Positions 57,160 through 64,000 of a DNA stretch of 64,000 nt are shown piece after piece. The notes under the pieces are model-generated. The model saw nothing but the letters and a program-made list of their open reading frames with translations, had not been told where the DNA came from and did no database searches. The DNA lies in IMG/VR virus record IMGVR_UViG_3300006127_000012, positions 1,225 through 65,224 of that record. One strand, given 5' to 3'. Source of the stretch: a virus. Its lineage: Duplodnaviria > Caudoviricetes. A program made the position numbers and the translations under genes. How positions within the stretch are numbered: position 1 is the first letter of the stretch; every line of letters starts with the position of its first letter.

Positions 57160-58072
57160 CTATTTATTCTCTTTTAGATTGTCAACTTCAATAGCCAGCT
57201 CATTAATTGCTTGAATAACTAGACCCATCATCTTTTCGTATCTAACAGCCAGATAACCGTCCCCTCTTTCAGCAACAACTTCAGGCAAAACCTTTTGGAC
57301 TTCTTGAGCAATAACCCCAACATCATGTTTGCGAACAAAGTAACCATCTTCACCGCCAGCACTCTTTAGGTGATCTGCGGTCCAATCAAATTCTACGCCA
57401 GATATTGTATTTAACTTGAATATTGCATTGGCAATCGGTTTAATGTTTTCTTTGAGACTAATATCAGAAGAATAATATGCAGTTATATTATTTGTGCAGA
57501 AAATACCAGATGAATTTACAGTAGTTCCTGTTGCAGTTAATGTGGTAAATGCACCAGTATTTGCAGTTGTTCCACCAATTGGTCCCGGCGAGGCCAAATT
57601 AATATTTGTTATTGCCCCCCACGTATTATTGCCATAAAGAACGGTTGTTGAGTTTGCCGTACCAGATCCAAGTCTAGCAGCATTAACTGTTCCTGATGTA
57701 ATGTTGCTGGCATTAGTTGAATATGTGACAGCGTTGCAACGCTGTAGAAGAGTTGCCAGAGATCCAAGATGTAATATTTGATAAAGTTCCCGAAGAATTA
57801 CTTAGATAACCAGACGCATTTGCGGTTAGGGTAAGAACATTAGCAGCTAGACCGGCACTCGTTTGATAAAGAGCCGCAGCATTAGCGACAGCATTTGCAT
57901 AAGCAGTCGCTGAGTTTCCTGTAATATATCCTTGAACTGTCGATAGGGATACCCCACCAAGATTATTTGCATTGTTTGCTGTTGCAGAATAAAATGTGCT
58001 ATTAACTGTAGCAGATACGCTATTATTGCCTACAGTCAGTATATTATTTACTCTGAAGTTATTAGGTGTCAT
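57160..58072 (-). pseudogene. Tail fibre/spike with a Peptidase S74 chaperone domain, split by a frameshift
   Basis: ORF 57713-58072 (GNSATAYANAV repeats) continues in another frame as NAVTYSTNASNITSG...SSDISLKENI...HDVGVIAQEV. The junction lies inside an 18-bp palindrome at 57728-57745. Confidence 0.8.
57728..57745. repeat. Perfect 18-bp palindrome at the frameshift
   Basis: acagcgttg|caacgctgt. Confidence 0.95.
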
Positions 58073-58103
58073 CTAGCTCGAATCCCGCACATTTATTATG
58101 TTC

Positions 58104-58111
58104 TATTTATA
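58104..58111 (-). promoter_or_regulatory. Late promoter TATAAATA for the split fibre gene
   Basis: Exact consensus 32 nt upstream of ATG 58072. Confidence 0.75.
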
Positions 58112-58113
58112 TT

Positions 58114-59847
58114 TTAGAAAAAGAACGAGGAGGATTCGTTTCCTATATTAACATATCCAATAAAACCGGGAGATAATCTCCAGCCGCCGTGGTCACCACC
58201 AGAAAGACCTCCCCAAGTAGAACTCAACCCACCGTACCAGAATGATGTAGTATTATTAGTATACCCCGGTACAGCATTTCCAACATATCCATCTGTTATT
58301 ATTAGTGAATTCACGCCGCTAACTATTCCATATGGTTTATACAAATACCAAGCAGTACCCGCACTATTGCTTTTTAGATAAACAAAATTGTAAGACCCCG
58401 ATATAGAGAAGTTATTAACGGTCTGTGTGCTACCTGCAGCAAATAGAATGTTGGTAGCACCAATTGAAGTAGCAGTGCATGTCATATCATTAAAGGTATT
58501 GTTACCGGTGATTGTCAAGTTTCCTACCCCACCTTGATTCAAGGTACAATTATATACAAATCCTCCACCCCAGAATACCTTCCCTGTAGCAGGAGTCAAC
58601 GATATTGTACCAGTTCCAGTACCTGCTGTTGTGGTAAACTTTCCTGTATTTTGTGTTACATAAGTTAATGCATCAAAAGACCCTAATGTAGAGTTAGAAT
58701 AAAGAAGCGCCAAAGTGCCTCCATTAAATGTAATGTTAACAGGTACAGCGGTTCCGCCACCACCAGCGTAGACTATAAACTGATATAAACAAGTAAAAGT
58801 TTTACCATTTAAATTTAGTGTTCCATTTTGCAACTGACAAGTCCTACCTGATGACATTGTGAATGCATCATTAAGAACAAGAGTTGTTGAATTGCCCGAA
58901 GCGTTCCCTATTGTCATAGCTGCCGGAAATGCTGCGCCATTGGAAGTTATGGTCTGAGTAGTGTTGCCTATAAATGCCCAAACCAATGATGTCGAAGTAA
59001 ATGTAGCACCAGCCACCAGTGTTAAATTGCCATATATGCTTATTCCAGTTGCCCCTAAGAGTGCGGTAAATCCAGTGAAGTTCAGATTATTTACAGATGA
59101 CCCTGAGGATATGTTTACCTGATAGTTCCCCGTGGATGATATATTAAAATTGAATAAGGCTGGAGATCCTCCTACAGCATTCACAGTGGTTATTGTAGCC
59201 TGCGTTGATATTACGTTAATGGTGGGGGTGCCTGTTATTGTTATTCCAGTTGAAGAACTATTCAGTGTAAATGCAGTTCCTCCCGCCGAAGGAGATACCG
59301 TTATTGCTCCCGAACTGCCAAAGTAAATATTTCGTATAATGCCGGTGTATGCATTTATAGCAAATCTACCACAGGATAATGTATTATTATTAAGGTCTAG
59401 AACTCCAGAACTGAGGGTAACAAGAATGCTCGTTGCTGTATTGAAATTGTCTAGTAATTGAATAGCTCCCGTCGCTCCGGGGTTAAATGTAATTGGGCAG
59501 TTAAATACCGTTCCATTGGTTCTGACGGTTTGCGTAACCCCGGAGCCACCTAGCGTCATGAGAAGTGTACCAGACCAAACAGTTCCGGATATAAACGACA
59601 TATTGCCGTAAATGTTCAGCGATCCTGTGGTTTCTGTAAATGTGACTGTGCCCGCTGATACGGTTATATTGTTAAATGCCAAAGCACCTGACATTGCAAC
59701 GGTATATGCTCCCGCCTGATCAAAAAACACATTATCTGTACTTGTTGGAGCACTCGCACCTGCAGAGCCACCAGAAGTAGCTGACCAGTTTGTTGTTGCT
59801 GTTGCTGTCCACGACCCAGAACCGCCTACCCAATATCTATTGGCCAT
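58114..59847 (-). CDS. Tail fibre / beta-helix-like receptor-binding protein
   Basis: MANRYWVGGSGSW...SATSGGSAGASAPTSTDNVFFD start; G/T/N-rich repeats (GTLNLNGKTFTC, GVLDLNNNTLSC). Confidence 0.7.
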   Translation of the reverse strand: MANRYWVGGSGSWTATATTNWSATSGGSAGASAPTSTDNVFFDQAGAYTVAMSGALAFNNITVSAGTVTFTETTGSLNIYGNMSFISGTVWSGTLLMTLGGSGVTQTVRTNGTVFNCPITFNPGATGAIQLLDNFNTATSILVTLSSGVLDLNNNTLSCGRFAINAYTGIIRNIYFGSSGAITVSPSAGGTAFTLNSSSTGITITGTPTINVISTQATITTVNAVGGSPALFNFNISSTGNYQVNISSGSSVNNLNFTGFTALLGATGISIYGNLTLVAGATFTSTSLVWAFIGNTTQTITSNGAAFPAAMTIGNASGNSTTLVLNDAFTMSSGRTCQLQNGTLNLNGKTFTCLYQFIVYAGGGGTAVPVNITFNGGTLALLYSNSTLGSFDALTYVTQNTGKFTTTAGTGTGTISLTPATGKVFWGGGFVYNCTLNQGGVGNLTITGNNTFNDMTCTATSIGATNILFAAGSTQTVNNFSISGSYNFVYLKSNSAGTAWYLYKPYGIVSGVNSLIITDGYVGNAVPGYTNNTTSFWYGGLSSTWGGLSGGDHGGWRLSPGFIGYVNIGNESSSFFF

Positions 59848-59850
59848 ATA

Positions 59851-60012
59851 TTAAGTCTCCTGTATAGACTCAATAATGGATAGCCAATTATTAAGTCTTT
59901 GTTGTTTCATAGCATCTATCTGTTCTGGAGTAAATGTATTATCGTCACCTAAGATAAGTGTATCTGAATATTTGCCATATTGCGTATCAAATTCAAAATC
60001 AATATTAACCAT
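59851..60012 (-). CDS. Small fibre-associated protein (53 aa)
   Basis: Manual translation MVNIDFEFDTQYGKYSDTLILGDDNTFTPEQIDAMKQQRLNNWLSIIESIQET; TAATG coupling. Confidence 0.7.
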   Translation of the reverse strand: MVNIDFEFDTQYGKYSDTLILGDDNTFTPEQIDAMKQQRLNNWLSIIESIQET

Positions 60013-62714
60013 TATAGGAATCCTCTATTCAATGACAGTAGACACCACTTGCTCAATGATGAATCGTATATGAATCCTTGGTAATCAGTATAAGGCGAAG
60101 TTGAAGAAGGCTGATATAAATCAGATGAGAAACTCCAGCCAGCAGAACCACCATAAGTTAATGTAAAAGCAGACGTTCCATGTATTTTTAATGTAACTTT
60201 TTGTCCGTTACTAGGGGTTCCGGTGAAAGCTATAGTGAGAGCGCCGGACCCGTTGCCCGATCCCGTATACACTCCGATATCTGTTATATCAGTGTTTACA
60301 GTCCATGTTGCACCAGATGATGTTGTGACAATTCTTGGCTGTATGGTTGGTGCCCAGTTTGTTGCTGTGCCGTTAGAAGTTAGAACATATCCGCTGACCC
60401 CATTAGACCCAGCACCATCTTGTATAGCAGATGACACCTTTAGAGGAACAATAACATTAAGTGGCGAAGTATTGCTATTTGTGTATGTTGCAAAAATGGG
60501 TCTAGATGATCCATCTGTTGCTGTATTATACAGAACAAAGTTGTTATCGTTTTGCAGTATAAAATAAGAAAGATTACCCGCCGCAGAACCGTTGGCAGTA
60601 AAGGTCAGTTTGGTATTGTTTACTCCAAGATTAACTTGCGAGTTAAATGATATCGTATTGGTAAAGGTATATTGAGCGGCTGTGTTGACACCAGCAGAAG
60701 CCACAGCCCAATATGGCGATCCTGTAGCTCCATTAGTTGTCAGAACATAACCAGCAGTTCCTGTAGAACCATTAACACTCACCGGAGTAGTAATTGTTAG
60801 CTGTGTGGTATTAGCAACAAAGGATGTGCCGATTGTATAAGATGCGGCATTGACAGTACCAGAAGAATATATGTTGGCTGTTGTAACATTTGCAGAAAAT
60901 GTTTGATTAGCCGTGAATGTGTTGGTGTTTGACCAGAACACAATATTGGCTGGCAGATAAGATACACCTATGGAACCGCTATTAATAGTAGATGCATTAG
61001 CAGCAAATGCAACAGCGTTTGCATAAGCAGTTGCAGAGTTGCCAGTCACCCATGAAGCAATATTTGCTATGGTTCCGGATGAGTTACCGAGATATGTGGC
61101 AGAGTTTGCAGCGAGTGTTGCAACATTTGCAGCCAATCCAGCAGTTGTCTGATACAAAGCTGCCGCATTAGAAACCGCATTGGTATAGGCAGTAGCAGAG
61201 TTGCCGGTAATCTGGCTCTGAAGTGTTGCTAGAGTTACGCTGCTAAGAGTTCCTGCATTTTGTGCATATACAGCATTGGCAGCGACGATAGTACCATTTG
61301 TGACACTATTAGCAACATAGTTGACTGCGTTGGTATAGGCTGTGCTTGAGTTACCTGTAATGGCAGAGTTTGCGGTGGATATTCTTCCGTCGGTATATGA
61401 CGTTGCGTTTGAATATGCAGTTGCAGAGTTGCCAGTGATTTGCGTTTGAATTGTTGAAAGTGTCGCCCCACCTAAATTCAAAGAATTGTTAGAGGTGCCC
61501 GAGAAAGAAGTCGCATTGACAACCACATTAACCGAAGAGTTTCCTAAGGTTAACACAGTGCTATTAGCTAACAACCCACTTGATGTGGCATTGATTGTAT
61601 TAATCAACAGTTGGTTTGTTCCGTTACCGGATGCCAGCGATACGTTAGCATTGAATGTTTCAATGCCGGAGAATATATTATTATTTGACCAGATTACAAC
61701 ATTTGCTGGAAGTTGTGCATAAGGAAGAGTTCCTGTAGTAATATTAGAGGCATTAGCAGCAAATGCAACAGCGTTTGCATAAGCAACACCAGCAACATAA
61801 GCCGCATTAACAACCGCATTAGAATAGGACGTAGCAGCATTGCCTGTGATTTGGTTTTGAAGTGTAGTCAGTGACACTCCACCCAGCAATCCGGCATTGG
61901 CTGCGTAAGTCGCGTTGGCGACAACAATAGAACCATTTGCTACACCGTTGGCTACATAGTTGACAGCATTGGTATAGGCTGTAGCAGAGTTGCCAGTCAC
62001 CCAGGAAGACACATTAGCTAGCGTTCCCGCTGTATTGCCAAGGTATGTTGCGGAATTAGCACTTAGAATATTTGAGTTCTGATTTTGCCATGTATTACTA
62101 TAAGCACTATATACCAGAACTTGTCCATTAGCCGTATTAGCTAATTGAACTTCTTGAATATCCGAAATTGATGGATAGTCTGTAATCCGAATTACAATTG
62201 AACCAGATCCGCCAGATCCTGCATTGATTACCGCAGCTATCAAGGTCTTGGGAGTTGGTGATGAAGGTTCGTTCTTTGTAAACCCACCAGTGACATTAGG
62301 ATTATAGTATAAGAAGGTCCCGTCAGTCCAAGTTTCACCCGCCGAAGATCCAGTTGTATCAAATCCCTTCAGAATACCAAAGTTCTGAATCATACCAAAG
62401 CCGTTAGTGGGAATTGATTCAGCAGCAACACCAATAATTAATGACCCATCGGTGATGCCAGTAGAAGGTGCTGCAGTAATGACGCCAGATGCGCCAACAG
62501 TACCAGTAAACATCACCAACTGCCCTAGAGTGATAGCAGAAGATGCCTTGACATAGAAATATTGGCTCTCACCAATCTCTGGAGTGTTTGCTGTAAGAGC
62601 GGCTGTATTGACAGATAGAGATGATGTATTGGGTAAAGCCACAGTGATCGTGCCATTGGCATTATTGAACAAAGTTCCAGAGTTGGTCAGTGTTGGTGTA
62701 GTCCAAGAACTCAT
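60012..62714 (-). CDS. Long tail fibre protein with internal repeats
   Basis: 900 aa; several ITGNSATAY.NAV repeats; N/T/A/S-rich. Confidence 0.75.
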   Translation of the reverse strand: MSSWTTPTLTNSGTLFNNANGTITVALPNTSSLSVNTAALTANTPEIGESQYFYVKASSAITLGQLVMFTGTVGASGVITAAPSTGITDGSLIIGVAAESIPTNGFGMIQNFGILKGFDTTGSSAGETWTDGTFLYYNPNVTGGFTKNEPSSPTPKTLIAAVINAGSGGSGSIVIRITDYPSISDIQEVQLANTANGQVLVYSAYSNTWQNQNSNILSANSATYLGNTAGTLANVSSWVTGNSATAYTNAVNYVANGVANGSIVVANATYAANAGLLGGVSLTTLQNQITGNAATSYSNAVVNAAYVAGVAYANAVAFAANASNITTGTLPYAQLPANVVIWSNNNIFSGIETFNANVSLASGNGTNQLLINTINATSSGLLANSTVLTLGNSSVNVVVNATSFSGTSNNSLNLGGATLSTIQTQITGNSATAYSNATSYTDGRISTANSAITGNSSTAYTNAVNYVANSVTNGTIVAANAVYAQNAGTLSSVTLATLQSQITGNSATAYTNAVSNAAALYQTTAGLAANVATLAANSATYLGNSSGTIANIASWVTGNSATAYANAVAFAANASTINSGSIGVSYLPANIVFWSNTNTFTANQTFSANVTTANIYSSGTVNAASYTIGTSFVANTTQLTITTPVSVNGSTGTAGYVLTTNGATGSPYWAVASAGVNTAAQYTFTNTISFNSQVNLGVNNTKLTFTANGSAAGNLSYFILQNDNNFVLYNTATDGSSRPIFATYTNSNTSPLNVIVPLKVSSAIQDGAGSNGVSGYVLTSNGTATNWAPTIQPRIVTTSSGATWTVNTDITDIGVYTGSGNGSGALTIAFTGTPSNGQKVTLKIHGTSAFTLTYGGSAGWSFSSDLYQPSSTSPYTDYQGFIYDSSLSKWCLLSLNRGFL
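60994..61785. repeat. Identical 36-nt direct repeat inside the fibre gene
   Basis: gcattagcagcaaatgcaacagcgtttgcataagca at 60994-61029 and 61750-61785. Confidence 0.85.
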
Positions 62715-63037
62715 CTTGACACACCAGCATTGATTGTGACCTGACCTTCAATGATTCTGGTGACATTACCCAGAGGATCCTTGACAAGAACATCATAGAG
62801 ATATCTTCCAGAGTCCATAGCATCGGAAGCATTAGCGGACAAAGAAAGAGAAATGATACCAGAGGAGTTGGCAGATACAGTAAAGTTGTATGCATTGGAT
62901 GAGGTGTAGGATTTTCTCATCTGAGATTCTACGGTGTAAGAATCCAGATTGACAGGATTACCAGACGAATCATTTAGATTGATCTGAGTGTTGAAGGTTG
63001 TCCCCTGATCGATGCTCATGTTTACTCTGGTAGAAAT
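62711..63037 (-). CDS. Conserved baseplate/fibre-associated protein (possible AUU start)
   Basis: IDQGTTF, SQMRKSY, GRYLYDV, RIIEG.V.I..GV. AGGAGG sits 5 nt before an in-frame ATT at 63037; the track start is ATG 63019. Confidence 0.7.
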   Translation of the reverse strand: MSTRVNMSIDQGTTFNTQINLNDSSGNPVNLDSYTVESQMRKSYTSSNAYNFTVSANSSGIISLSLSANASDAMDSGRYLYDVLVKDPLGNVTRIIEGQVTINAGVSR

Positions 63038-63095
63038 GGTAGCCTCCTGTGATTATGATTATTTATGTTTTCTGTTCATAATTGCATTTTATGGC

Positions 63096-63123
63096 TTGAC
63101 ATAACTATCAAGTATGTTATACT
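63096..63123 (+). promoter_or_regulatory. sigma70-like promoter TTGACA-N16-(TGn)TATACT facing antisense to the peptidase gene
   Basis: cTTGACAtaactatcaagtaTGtTATACT. Confidence 0.5.
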
Positions 63124-63159
63124 GTATTATGCTCTGCATGAATCTATAATGATTCGAAT

Positions 63160-63522
63160 CTAGAATAAATCTGGATTAGATTTAGCAAACTTTCTCATAA
63201 TAACACCAGCAACTGCATTAGCCTCATTCTCATGATCTGATCCATCTGATCCATCAGTATGTCCTTTAGCATGATGAACTAATTCATGAGCTAAAGTTCT
63301 CATTACATCCATAGGATGTCTGCCATCAGTATTTAGTTTGATTGAATGTCCATCATAACAGCCAAATGATTTAAGTTCTTTAGATTCTTTACCAGAAATA
63401 GTATGAACTGGTGGAAGTTGTTTGAGTTTTAGATATTCCTGAGCAAATGGTAGAAATCTATTAAGGACTTCATCCACTTGTTTATGATTAATCTGCTCAA
63501 CAAATTCTCTGAATGTTTGCAT
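63160..63522 (-). CDS. Zincin-like metallopeptidase (HExxH) with a capsid-targeting-like N-terminus
   Basis: RTLAHELVHH...ENEANAVAG; starts MQTFREFVE. Confidence 0.8.
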   Translation of the reverse strand: MQTFREFVEQINHKQVDEVLNRFLPFAQEYLKLKQLPPVHTISGKESKELKSFGCYDGHSIKLNTDGRHPMDVMRTLAHELVHHAKGHTDGSDGSDHENEANAVAGVIMRKFAKSNPDLF

Positions 63523-63538
63523 TTATAGATCCTTGTAA

Positions 63539-64000
63539 TCAGTTAAAATAGTCGGAAATGGCAACCGCTTCAACATCCTCTATTGTATTACATGAGTTAA
63601 TAAGGTCTGCAACTCTACACTCAGTAGAGAATGCATTTTGTATATATGATTTCACACTAGTATTAATTTGTTGAATATCTTCTGGAGTAAGCACAATAAA
63701 TGTACCATTTGGCATCTTCCAGTTAATTGAAAATGTATTATTGGAGTTTAGATAATACTCGTTTCTGCTCTTATCATCGGTGGCGAATATATTCCCATTA
63801 TAAAAAATTCCTTTTTGTTGGAATTCCCATCTTATATTTGCCAGAGTCTGAAGTGCATTAGTTTTGGATTGAGCCAAGATCTGTGAATATTGATCTTTTG
63901 TTAACGTTGTAATCTTCCAAGTCTGTGCCCATTGATCATCAATTAGACTTGGAGTATCTTCTGACACAATCTGATGAGAATCTGATACGACTGGTTTGTC
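63539..64000 (-). CDS. DUF4376-like tail-fibre-associated protein (5' end outside the window)
   Basis: The frame stays open to position 64000; RWE....GI......ATD..SR, WKMPNGTF..LT motifs. Confidence 0.65.
   Translation of the reverse strand, partial: DKPVVSDSHQIVSEDTPSLIDDQWAQTWKITTLTKDQYSQILAQSKTNALQTLANIRWEFQQKGIFYNGNIFATDDKSRNEYYLNSNNTFSINWKMPNGTFIVLTPEDIQQINTSVKSYIQNAFSTECRVADLINSCNTIEDVEAVAISDYFN

Noticed and set aside
57597-57760. Programmed ribosomal frameshift joining the two fibre ORFs
   Set aside because: No slippery heptamer at the junction, the required shift is +1/-2, and the paralogous repeats explain the break as a 2-nt deletion.
57160-64000. Diversity-generating retroelement or invertase-driven fibre switching
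   Set aside because: No reverse transcriptase or recombinase in the window, and the repeats do not differ specifically at adenines.

Overview
A 64-kb segment of a large T4-like myovirus genome, almost entirely on the minus strand. The host cannot be determined; peptide deformylase, Hsp20, Dps and ThyX resemble environmental T4-like phages more than coliphage T4. From left to right: nrdA start, HNH homing endonuclease, thyX and primase; a 10-kb late block of unusual virion/internal-head proteins (3.7-13.7 kb); small early genes and a secreted nuclease; gp41, uvsX and gp43; a plus-strand lysis cassette (embedded spanin pair, holin-like gene, two-domain endolysin); hsp20 with a ROSE-like leader; a seven-gene overlapping DNA-hypermodification operon (24.9-30.6 kb); regA, gp62, gp44, gp45; def; a GIY-YIG endonuclease; gp46, gp47, gp55, uvsW, uvsY; the head, tail and neck module (gp3, gp23, gp22, gp21, gp68, gp67, gp20 to gp13); and tail-fibre genes. 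The best candidates for undescribed biology are (1) the TET/JBP + GATase + glycosyltransferase + amidoligase + phosphatase + aGPT-PPlase2 + kinase operon in a ThyX phage, and (2) enzymes and polyproteins carrying T4-type capsid-targeting N-termini and Glu-delimited basic modules, possibly a packaged and injected effector set. Two small frameshift lesions sit at (quasi-)palindromes. All family assignments come from motif recognition by eye; no database searches were run. No tRNA, rRNA or CRISPR array was seen.
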